This document shows, one piece after another, positions 53,157 to 64,000 of a stretch of DNA of 64,000 nucleotides. The translations under genes were made by a program, and so were the position numbers. The first letter of the stretch is position 1, and every line of letters begins with the position of its first letter. The notes under the pieces were generated by a model. It was given only the letters and a program-made list of their open reading frames with translations. It was not told the DNA's origin and made no database searches. The stretch comes from Octopus bimaculoides (lineage: Eukaryota), in contig NC_068986.1 in NCBI RefSeq assembly GCF_001194135.2, positions 44,326,252 through 44,390,251 on the forward strand, read 5' to 3'.

Positions 53157-55285
53157 ATTTCCCTTTTTGTGAAAATTCTTTTCTCATTTTTTCCTTTTTT
53201 TTTTTTTTTTCAACCTTCCTTAGTGATATATGTGTAGATCCAGGAACAGCTTTATGTGGGAGTCTTAGTTTATAAAGAATTAGTTAAAAGACTTCCATAA
53301 AATATATTGAAATAATGAGCCAAACTTCCTTTTAAAACAAAACCAAGGAAATCCTTTCAACAAGTATAGCAAATAAGAAACACTGTAAAAATGCAAGTTA
53401 GATCAGTGTTAAAAAATACTAAGAAAGGATGTGAAAAAAATAAACAAAACATAAAACTGTATACTGTTAACAATTGTCAAATTTGTTTTCCTTTACAGCC
53501 AATTGCTGAATAATTAATTCTAACCAAAGTTATCATAAATAATACATATGTTTCTGTCAATAACAAAAAAAAAAGAAAGAAAATGAAATAAAATATTATA
53601 TTTAAGTTGAAACAGGTAAAAAAAAAAAGCATAACATTAGCAGCATTAAGAGAGATATCACCCAATAGACATTGGAATGTGTAATGCAAATACAGTAGAA
53701 AATAAATAAAATAATTAACAAAAATTAAATCAGGATCTTCAGAGATTCTCAGAAAATAGTCATATTAGTTATTTCTATGTTTAACTGTCAATTTTGTTCA
53801 ACATTATTATGTCAGCCAAATCAAGAATTAACGTGCATTGTGTTAAGTGCTTGCACTACAGTCCTGTATAATTGATTCCACTGTCAACATGCCAAAGTTA
53901 ACTACATATGTATGTAAATTTATTTTTCATCACATGGCTTTTGTACTGTTGTTTCCAGAAACTCAAGCTAGATAATCTAAATTTTGTTTCCTCAACATTA
54001 TTTCTGCTTTATTTTTTTACTATGTTGAACTGTAAACAGAAAGTGTGATACAAATCTTCATATCAGTGTTATCAGTATATAAAATATATAATGGAATAAA
54101 TTTTTACAATGCATTTTTATTTCTTTTTCTTTAAATTATAAAAAAATCATAATTAAAAAAAAGTCATCATTTCTTGGAAAACAATAATTATTTATTTATC
54201 TAATCTATCAAGATAGATATCATTAAATAGATTAGTTCCAATATATCACTAGCTGGTATTTACTTTATAAACTTTGGAAATATGAAAAGCACAACCCTTA
54301 AACTTATTTTATTTTGTATGGAAATAATAGATATTATGTTCATATAATATAGATTAAATATAATAGCATGCTCTTAATTTTTTAAAAATTACATTTAAAA
54401 CTATTTCTTCCTCTCCATCTTTCCATCACTGTTTTACATTTTAAAATTATATTTCTTTTTAATGTATCCTCATCAACATCATCATGAATATTTTACATCC
54501 ACTCTCCACACTGGCACGGTTTGGATAGTTTGACAGGATCTCAGTGAGTCCTTATTGAAGTTACAATCCTCCTAGACAGGTTAAGGACCACATCTTGAAT
54601 AAAATGTCTCAGTTTTGGCATGGTCCTATGGTTGAATTCTCTTCCTAACACCAAAGTATATTGTGAAAGTTAAATATTTTAATACATTTAGTCATGCGAT
54701 CTAGGCTAGGCCAGCTGTGGTGCACTAAAAATAATTATGTGAAATAGAAAAGGTGATTGTATGATTGAATTTGGATAAAATAGTCAAATAAAAACTGCAT
54801 ACCAGTAAAAAAAAAAAAATCATTTAGTATGCCTTTGATTAGAGTTGACCAGAGATCATTTGATAAGGATTGATCAGAGAGTAAACTGTAACAGCAGATT
54901 CCTATTTTCCATAACTTCACAATGTAATTATTAGAAAGAAAAATGATTTTCCATAATAATTTCAATATTGCTAATATATTGTGGTTAGTTCCATCAATTA
55001 ATACCTCTCCCCTACAAAAATTGAAACTGCTCCAAGGAAATCAATGTCATACATCTAATACATCTTTATGTTAAGTTTTTGCATGTTAGCATGGGTTAGG
55101 TGTTTTTTAATATGAGTAATTGCTTTTATAACTCAGTGTGCTTCTGACAACTGCGAAGCAAGAGAGAAAGAGGGATTTTTATCAATAATGCAAAATAGAT
55201 TTATGTTATTCAGTGATACCATAACTGACAGAAGATTTAAAGTTTTAGTCATGCTGTTAGCAAACTATCAAATCAATGAATTAAT

Positions 55286-55355
<70 letters not shown>

Positions 55356-55429
55356 AGTGAAACTACCTATCGCCATTAGATACAAAACTACTATTGCCAT
55401 TACATACAATCTTCTCATTTAAATATAAA

Positions 55430-55597
55430 CAAGCGCGGGCGTAGCGGAAAACACATTCCTTGTCATCACGTGACTGATTATTATTCGAAGCGGCAACTTC
55501 TTCGAACCGTTCCCGCCAGAACGCAAACTAACCAATCACGGCCCCTAATAAGGTCACGTGATAGAGTATTTTTCTGATGTCTGGTGAGCCTACCATC
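55430..55597. promoter_or_regulatory. CpG-rich promoter-like element with two GTCACGTGAT E-box/CLEAR motifs and a CCAAT box
   Basis: ATCACGTGAC at 55465-55474, GTCACGTGAT at 55553-55562, CCAAT at 55532-55536, CGGAA at about 55445; dense CpGs in otherwise CpG-poor DNA. Confidence 0.6.
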
Positions 55598-55996
55598 NNN
55601 NNNNNNNNNNNNNNNNNNNNNNNNNNNNNNNNNNNNNNNNNNNNNNNNNNNNNNNNNNNNNNNNNNNNNNNNNNNNNNNNNNNNNNNNNNNNNNNNNNNN
55701 NNNNNNNNNNNNNNNNNNNNNNNNNNNNNNNNNNNNNNNNNNNNNNNNNNNNNNNNNNNNNNNNNNNNNNNNNNNNNNNNNNNNNNNNNNNNNNNNNNNN
55801 NNNNNNNNNNNNNNNNNNNNNNNNNNNNNNNNNNNNNNNNNNNNNNNNNNNNNNNNNNNNNNNNNNNNNNNNNNNNNNNNNNNNNNNNNNNNNNNNNNNN
55901 NNNNNNNNNNNNNNNNNNNNNNNNNNNNNNNNNNNNNNNNNNNNNNNNNNNNNNNNNNNNNNNNNNNNNNNNNNNNNNNNNNNNNNNNNNNNNNNN
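55598..55996. other. Assembly gap
   Basis: Run of N. Confidence 0.99.
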
Positions 55997-56635
55997 ATCG
56001 CTCTGCCACACACAGCCTCAACTTCTTTCACATACAGACTCTTCCAATTGTGTATTCAAGAACTGGTATAAATGCTCACGTGTTACTGACTCTTTCTATC
56101 TGCTGTAATATCTCACATACACATACATGTATCACTTACACACACTCTTTTCTTTGTACGACGGCCTGTCTTTTATTATGTTTTTATATGTTGCATTCAC
56201 ACTCACACACAGACATACATTTTAATGCCACAATAAATAATTCTGTTATTCATCTTCTATCGGTTGTCTTCTATAGTCTTCATTACTGGTATTTACGAAA
56301 TCACTAATGTTATCGAAGTATAACATTATTTGTATATCATATTTGATATATATTTTGTGTTCGACTGTGTGACATGTTATAAATAAAAGGAGTCCTGTTT
56401 TTCCATTCGTCACCATTTCTCCTTTTTTGAGTTCGCACGGTCGTTCTTACATATATAAGTGAATATAACAAAAGAAGAAAGATCTAAAGAATTATAGTTA
56501 TTGAATACAAAAGTAAATCATCATAGTATGAACTGATACTGCAATATGTCTTCAACTGATGCCAAAGAAAAGATGAATTACATGAAGAAAAACAAGTTGG
56601 GACACAGAATATACTCAAACAGAAACTCTACTTAC

Positions 56636-56781
56636 TTGGTAGGGAGCTTATACAGGTAGCCTTTCCCTTCGTTATTCCAGACAACTACCCTATCAACAGA
56701 TATGAAATCACCACCAACCCAATGCTCTCCGTTTCGATTGGATTCTGAACACAACAAGGTGAAATCACTAGCATCATAAAT
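56636..56781 (-). CDS. WDR7: WDR7 coding exon (IYDASDFTLLC...GKGYLYKLPT), most 5' exon in the window
   Basis: Acceptor ttctccaccag, donor gtaagt; 146 nt, phase 0 to 2. Matches the WDR7 VFDAGDYSLLC...WTGGDF...YIYKLP segment. Confidence 0.92.
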
Positions 56782-57059
56782 CTGGTGGAGAAAAAAAGAA
56801 AGAAAAAAAGAGGAAAAACTAAGGTCCGAATGTGTGAAAGGGAATCACAAGATGAGCAAGTATAAATGATATTTATAGATATATGATTGTTTAATTATTA
56901 ACTGGAGGATCTATACGTGTCCCCAATCACTGAAAGTTTAACTTCATCTATGTAGGTGTGAGACAGATAGGCAGGCAGAGGAACTGTGTGTGTGTGTGTG
57001 TGTTTGCAAGACTTTGTATACATAAAGGTAACTATAAAATTATTTCTATACAGTGGTTT

Positions 57060-57335
57060 CATCATCATCATTGCTTAACGTCCGCTTTCCATGCTAGCAT
57101 GTGTTGGATGATTTGACTGAGGACTGGCAAGCCAGAAGGCTGCACCAGGCTCCAATCTGATCTGGCAGAGTTTCTACAGCTGGATGCCTTTCCTAATGTC
57201 AACCACTCCGAGAGTGTAGTAAGTGCTTTTACGTGCCACCGGCTCGAGGGCCAGTCACACAGTACTGGCAACGGCCACGCTCAAAGGTGTTTTTTACGTG
57301 CCACCTGCACGGGAGCCAGTCCAGTGGCACTGGAG
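57060..57335 (-). mobile_element. Family D tail copy (young)
   Basis: Near-identical to 20050-20300 and, inverted, to 45068-45233. Confidence 0.78.
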
Positions 57336-58203
57336 TGAATGCTGACAATCACCAATAGATCTGAACCATAGGTAAGAACAGAAACAGAAATATATCATAT
57401 TGAAAATATGCCCCACTAATATGTTCAATACATATTATCAACAGTTATTTGGTCTATTTTTGTCATGTTTGTTGCTGGTTTGAAGTAAAAGATCATTATT
57501 ATTATTGCTATTATTAAATCTCAACTTCTGCATGCTACTCAATAAATCATCACAACAATCTTATTGTACTGTACAGAATCTTCATGTTCAATTGCTTATT
57601 TGTGAAAAAAAATATACATGCAAATTATTCTACTCTGGGTATGCTGAGACTTGTAAAAATACAATAAGTAATAAGACCCACAAACTTCAAAAGCTAATGG
57701 AAAATTCATTAAAAATCAGTTATAGTCCTATTTTCAACAACTACTTGCCTACTGTCAACTATTTTATTACTCCATTTAAAATCAGTTTTAATGGCTTACA
57801 CAGGAGGGAAGACAGCATTTCTGACCTCAAGGAGGAATGTAAAACTTGTGGGTTTTTCTTAAATCAGAGACTTTGAATGTTTGAATCAAAATGTTCTCTG
57901 CTAATGGCACCCAAGAACCAGGTGCTTGTGTTAAATTAGGAAAAAAATTAAGTGTAGGACCTAAAAAAAAATACAATCCTTCAAACTGTTTTCTACACAA
58001 TTTCTGTCAATTCAAATTTACTCATAAGGATTGGGTCAATATGAGACTATGGTATTTTCTCAAATTGCCATGTAGTGAGATGAGTCTGGAACCACAAGAG
58101 CCATGATAGGAATTTTCTTAATCCTATGTCTGCATTTGACAGGGGAGCAACTCCTCCAAATTTGAAGATTTAGCTGACATTTCTAATAGCTTGAACAACC
58201 ATG

Positions 58204-58539
58204 CAGGGGTTCTCAACCATTTTTATCTATGGACGCCTTTGATTACTTTTTTTATTCTAGTGGACTCCCATAACCATTCAATGTTTTAAAACTAGTTTTA
58301 TAGAAACTTCTTTCAAAATTCCCATTTTGTTTTTCACACATTAACTTGTGTAGGTAGAACTTTGAAAAATGTTAGAGAAAGAAACCTGGCTGTTTCTTGC
58401 AATACACACCAATAATACATTTAAACCAAACTTTTTTCAGGGGCCCTTAAAATACTATTGTGAATCCCCAATTTACTATTTAATTGCATGGATCCTCAAA
58501 AATCTTATATGTATCCTCAGGAGCCATATGGAACCACTG
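58204..58539. mobile_element. hAT-type MITE
   Basis: Begins caggggttctcaacc (hAT/Charlie-type TIR) and ends ggaaccactg; AT-rich non-coding interior. Confidence 0.6.
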
Positions 58540-59136
58540 ATGTAAAGGCTTGTTTATACATAGGATAACAGTGGTGATGGGGTGGGGACATAAAGTCTAA
58601 ATTTGGAAATCTCAGAGGAGACGCTATTGAAGTAACAGAAGAGCTGATAGTTGATAGGCGATGACTTGCTAGCTAGTAGGAAAATTTTCAAGTGAACCAA
58701 AATGTTTATGTACATGACAGATGAACCATCACAGATGTGTAAGGTATCTAGAATATATTTTATTTTTAGTTTAATATACAAACTTCGCTTTAATATGTAT
58801 CAAGAAAAAAGTGTAACTATACAAGCAGAATAGAAATTAACCTTTTATTTGAATTATAAAATGGACATATATTAGACATGATACAAACCAATTTATATGG
58901 AATAGCTTGCTTTAAACTGATACTTCAAATTTCTTTGTATAATTCATAAACTATTTATATTCACTTGTTATAAATCGATTACATATACTTATGAGAGAAT
59001 GGATGACAATTTGTTATCCTAGTTGTAAATTGATAGCAAGGAATATAATATTTACAATATATATATATATTTTAAGGAATATATATATATATATATATTA
59101 AGGAATATGTATGTATATATATATATATATATATAT

Positions 59137-59811
59137 NNNNNNNNNNNNNNNNNNNNNNNNNNNNNNNNNNNNNNNNNNNNNNNNNNNNNNNNNNNNNNNN
59201 NNNNNNNNNNNNNNNNNNNNNNNNNNNNNNNNNNNNNNNNNNNNNNNNNNNNNNNNNNNNNNNNNNNNNNNNNNNNNNNNNNNNNNNNNNNNNNNNNNNN
59301 NNNNNNNNNNNNNNNNNNNNNNNNNNNNNNNNNNNNNNNNNNNNNNNNNNNNNNNNNNNNNNNNNNNNNNNNNNNNNNNNNNNNNNNNNNNNNNNNNNNN
59401 NNNNNNNNNNNNNNNNNNNNNNNNNNNNNNNNNNNNNNNNNNNNNNNNNNNNNNNNNNNNNNNNNNNNNNNNNNNNNNNNNNNNNNNNNNNNNNNNNNNN
59501 NNNNNNNNNNNNNNNNNNNNNNNNNNNNNNNNNNNNNNNNNNNNNNNNNNNNNNNNNNNNNNNNNNNNNNNNNNNNNNNNNNNNNNNNNNNNNNNNNNNN
59601 NNNNNNNNNNNNNNNNNNNNNNNNNNNNNNNNNNNNNNNNNNNNNNNNNNNNNNNNNNNNNNNNNNNNNNNNNNNNNNNNNNNNNNNNNNNNNNNNNNNN
59701 NNNNNNNNNNNNNNNNNNNNNNNNNNNNNNNNNNNNNNNNNNNNNNNNNNNNNNNNNNNNNNNNNNNNNNNNNNNNNNNNNNNNNNNNNNNNNNNNNNNN
59801 NNNNNNNNNNN
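59137..59811. other. Assembly gap flanked by (AT)n
   Basis: Run of N. Confidence 0.99.
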
Positions 59812-59842
59812 ATATATATATATATATATATTAAGGAATATG

Positions 59843-59889
<47 letters not shown>

Positions 59890-60392
59890 CTCACATCTAC
59901 ATATTCCTTAAAAAAAGCAAAAAACAAACAGTAAGTACAGATATTATAATAACATTTTCTTATAATGTTAATGATTCAAAATATCTTTTAGAAAATTGTA
60001 AATGTAATAAAACTTTGATGCATGCTATACAAACAATGTTAGTTTTAAAGGATAACCAAAGATAGAGAGGTGATAAAAACAATTGGTAACAGTTAGAATC
60101 TACTACTTCACATGAATACATAAATCCAATGTAGCCTGTATCATCATCATCATCATCGTAAATGTCCATTTCACCATGATGATAAAGGTTGGAACAGTTC
60201 TGTTGTATAGAATATCATCTATCCTGTTTGTTAAAGCCTAACATATTGGATAGGGGCAGACATTATCACTTCTCCCTGTATACAGGAGAGGGGAACTCGC
60301 TACCAGTATGCTACACTCTTTCACCTAACACTGACTCTTCATTCTTATTCTTATCTTGTTTCCTGATATACTTGACATCTTGTTTTCTGCCA

Positions 60393-60462
60393 AGCTAAGT
60401 GAGAAATCTGGAAGGTGTGAAAGAATCTTTTTCTTTCACACCTTCCAGATTTCTCACTTAGC
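60393..60462. repeat. Perfect palindrome: 33-bp stem, 4-nt loop
   Basis: agctaagtgagaaatctggaaggtgtgaaagaa-tctt-ttctttcacaccttccagatttctcacttagct, checked base by base. Confidence 0.97.
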
Positions 60463-60844
60463 TCTTACAGCTGTCCTCTTCCTCATTTATTAGCTATGCC
60501 TGCACCCCACATATACCCATGTGCACATGCACACACACACAGAAATATGTAAGTGTTCATCCTGGCTCAAAAAACATGAACCATACAAACAAAACTATAA
60601 AGTTTGGAGAACAAGAAGTGGGAGGTACAGAGTGCAAAAGTAGAATAGGTCTCTAATTGACAGAACATCTGTTACAGCTCTTCTTTAATCAAATATCCTA
60701 TTGTAAAAAGACAGTAACATAATCTCTAATAGAAAGTCAAACTATTCTTGTGCAAGTTATTGCACAATCTCTGCCAAGTCATGTTAAACAAAAGAGAAAA
60801 GATGCATATTTACTGCGTGCAAACAGCGTTAAGGTTACGTTTAT

Positions 60845-61230
60845 GTATTTGTTTTGCAAGATTCCTGATGTGAAATCTTGTGTTGAATCAGATGTTGTTA
60901 TATTTCAGGATGGTCATTTTTTTTTTTTTTTTTTGCCAAATAACTACATGTACTATAAACTTGTTCTTCACTTCAGCTTTATTATTATTATTCTTATTTT
61001 AGTGTATTTGTCTGAAATTACAGAAAGACAGACTGGACCAAACAGGACAGGAGGAGACACGTATGTGAGATGGAGAGTCACTGGAAGAGGTCATAGGATG
61101 TGTGACGAAAGAATTCAGGCAAAGGACACTAAAATAAGAATAATAATAAAGCTGAAGTGAAGAACAAGTATATAGTGCATTTGGTTACTTGGCAGGAAAA
61201 GTTAAAAAAGACCATCCTGCAATATAACAA
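60845..61230 (+). mobile_element. Inverted-repeat (foldback) element, copy 3
   Basis: ttgttcttcacttcagctttattattattattcttattttagtgt pairs with acactaaaataagaataataataaagctgaagtgaagaacaa; shared core at about 61025-61115. Confidence 0.75.
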
Positions 61231-62039
61231 GTGTTAAGGTTGCTATATTGCTATGTCGACATGAATCACATGATGGTGATGGCATTAGGGGCATAAACTG
61301 ACAAGTTAACATGCCTTTACAGATTTTAAGACATTCTGATTGTCTGTTATGCCTTGTGTTCATGAACAAAGTATCATACTATAAAAATGTGATATGGCAT
61401 TACACTAAACTAAAAGTTATTATCATTATCGTCATCATTTAAAGTCTGCTTTTCATGCTGGCATGGGTCGGGTGGTTTGACAGGAGCTGGCTAGGCAGAA
61501 GACTGCACCATGCTTCGATGTCTGTTTTGGTATGGTTTTTATGCCCTTCCTAACACCAACCATTCCGCAGAGTAGACTGAGTGCTTTTTACGTGGCACCA
61601 GCACAGGTGAGGTCAATTCTGGCATGTTTTGTTTTTTTTGTTATACCTGGATGCCCTTCCAAATGCCAACCACTTTGCAGTGTGAACTGGATGCTTTTTA
61701 TGTGACACCAGCACTGGCAGGGTCACCAAGTAACATACAAGACAAAGATCCTTAGAGAGTGGGGTGGTGGCATCGGAGGAAGTGATCTTGTGCCAGATAA
61801 TGAAAGGTTAGAGTGTGACAGAGAGACAAGGGCCTGTGAAGGCTATGAGCATTGCTTCATTCCCCAATGCAATAAGTAAAACACACATACAAACACACAC
61901 AAGAAGCTTTCACAAACTTTCCACCTACTAAACTTTACTCACAAGACACTGGTCTCTCTGAGTCTATGATAAAAAAAACACTTGCCCAAGGTGCTGCTGT
62001 GTACTAGGATCAAACATGGAATCACATCATTGCAAAGCA

Positions 62040-62791
62040 ATGATCTGCAAGGTCATGCGCTGTTTATCTTGATATAAGTTCACCATGTCATACACGTAGT
62101 TGTGATGCACGTGCCTGGTGTACCTTTATCCGATGGGTAGTCATGATGGGTATACTGGGCTTTGTATATTTGACCCCAGTGTCACTTTGATGGCATGCAC
62201 TGCTCTTTCACTCAATAATAATAATAATAATAATAAATGCCCTGATGTAGTTCCAGGCAGTGGGTCTCTTAGGTTCTGATCTTAACCGATTGGAAGTGTT
62301 AAAATGTACGTGCTTTGTTTTGTTGTAAAAGATAGGCTACAGCAAATATTCTGCTCAATACCACATATTTACTTGTCAGTTGCTTGACCATAATCAATTG
62401 AGCATGTCTCTTAGTGGCTGATGATATGCACATTGCTATCACAAACAGGACTAGTGGGGGGAGCATCATAACCATGTGCTGAGAGGAATTCTTTGGGATG
62501 TGAATAATTCACCTCTGGAAAATATGGATGTTTCATTCATCCTTAAACAACCCTTATTCGTGAACCTTTTGCATAAGATAACATACTTGACCTGAAGAAA
62601 ATTTTAACTAGGTCCCCACCTGCAAAGTCATGCACTGTTTATTTTGATATGAGATCCCCATGTCACACACATATAGCTGTAATGCATGTACCTAGCGTAC
62701 CCTTATCAGACAGGTAGTCATGAAGGGTATATTGGGTTTCATATATTTGTACCCCAGTGCCATTTTGACTGCATGCACTGCTCTCGCACTC

Positions 62792-62824
<33 letters not shown>

Positions 62825-62825
62825 C
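62040..62825 (+). mobile_element. SINE family F: a 3' part plus a longer copy, each ending in (AAT)n
   Basis: ctgcaaggtcatgc.ctgttta...ccccagtgtcactttgatggcatgcactgctct..cactcaataat occurs twice; also at 45750-45875. Confidence 0.72.
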
Positions 62826-63049
62826 TGATTATTTGGGAACTAGATGTAAAATGTTAGATTTATCTGTAAATGGAATGCAATGTTTTCAACATTAATGGCT
62901 TTTCAGATGTGAAGTGAAATAGCTACAGCTAGCTATCAAAAGCTGAGGGATGAATCCAAAAAGAGCTTTCCTCAAGTACTTACAAGTTTATATAGCAGAA
63001 GTATGTAACTGATAAAAATGAGCCCCCATATATTTTTATGCACACTTAA

Positions 63050-63410
63050 GAATTGTCATGTCATGCCTTCAGCCACACTACAAAGCCCATAACAAAGCAT
63101 TATTCTCACATCTGGAACAGTACTGCTACAGCATATGCACAAACATCTTGGACCACATCCAGAAAAAGCCCACCTCAATGGTTATATGCTCAGGTCGCTT
63201 CCACTCAGATACTTTTACACCACTCATTTCTCTTCTCATCATCCTTATTGTGTCCAGTTTCTCTGGCCCAACACTAATCATTTATGTCTCGGCTGTCCTT
63301 CTGAAAGCATTGGTTATCATGGATTCCCTTCTTGCTCATATCTTCCCTACAGATGTTCACTGACAAAAAGTTCAAGAGGAACATTAATGACATCAACATC
63401 ACTGGTCTAA
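63050..63410 (+). mobile_element. CR1-like LINE 3' fragment
   Basis: Frameshifted peptides HYKAH...SHIWN...NILDHIQKK and SLLAHIFPT...KFKRNIN resemble the CR1 RT C-terminus. Confidence 0.65.
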
Positions 63411-64000
63411 GAGGGTCTGTGAAGGCTATGAACATTGCTTCCTCCAACCCAGTAAATACACACACACACAAAGGGCTTTCACAAATTTTCCACCTACCAA
63501 ACTTCACCCACAAGACACTGGTCCCCCTGACTCTATGGTAAAAGATACTTGCCCAAGGTGCTGCTCTGCAGTGGGATCAAACATGGAATCAAACTTTCTA
63601 ATCGCACAACCATATTGTAGCCACAAGTATTCCAAAGTAATTGCCTGCATTTAAACACGCACATGCAGGTGTGCCCCCACCACACACACACACACACACA
63701 CACACATAAACATGGCAGTTCATGAAATATAAAAAAATCTTTAAATCTAATTGCATTAATATGCTGAATTTTTCAATCTTGCAAAAGAAACTAAAAAACA
63801 TTATATGTTTAACTTGTGTTTAAGTCAGTTTAAGATGTTACATGATAAATAAACAAGATAGCTTCATTAATTAGTAAAAACGAGTAGATTGAACAGTTAA
63901 ATGTTATAAAATTGAACTTTTACAAAAAAGAAAAACAGAATTCAAGCTTTAATAATTTCTGAATTATTCCTAATAATTCATATAAATAAACAGATAATTA

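Noticed and set aside
59072-59910. ttaaggaatatgtatgta(ta)n unit on both sides of the gap, with an inverted copy
   Set aside because: Most likely collapsed or overlapping contig ends in an (AT)n tract; cannot be interpreted across Ns.
62400-62450. CTGATGA in SINE family F as another hammerhead
   Set aside because: No helix II followed by GAAA, and no helix I complement.

Overview
AT-rich, repeat-dense animal genomic DNA with six N gaps. The microsatellite and tRNA-derived SINE landscape suggests an octopus/cephalopod (inference only). One protein-coding gene is recognisable: WDR7 (rabconnectin-3 beta, V-ATPase assembly regulator) on the minus strand. I traced 19 GT-AG coding exons from 56781 down to the stop at 5571. 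They total 3801 nt (1266 aa plus stop), splice phases agree at every junction, and the N-terminal exons lie beyond the window end. One intron (30006-56635) is 26.6 kb, whereas the other complete introns are <=4.4 kb. It contains a CpG-retaining promoter-like island with two CLEAR/E-box motifs and two candidate frame-preserving microexons (3 nt and 27 nt). The introns also hold a near-full-length hAT element with an 8-bp TSD, decayed Tc1/mariner elements, LINE fragments (RTE, CR1, Tx1/L1-like), several SINE families (some in head-to-tail arrays) and MITEs. The most unusual non-coding items are two families of small inverted-repeat elements carrying hammerhead-ribozyme-like cores, one also carrying a tRNA-like Pol III promoter, and a perfect 33-bp hairpin. 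Repeat boundaries are approximate; exon boundaries were read base by base.
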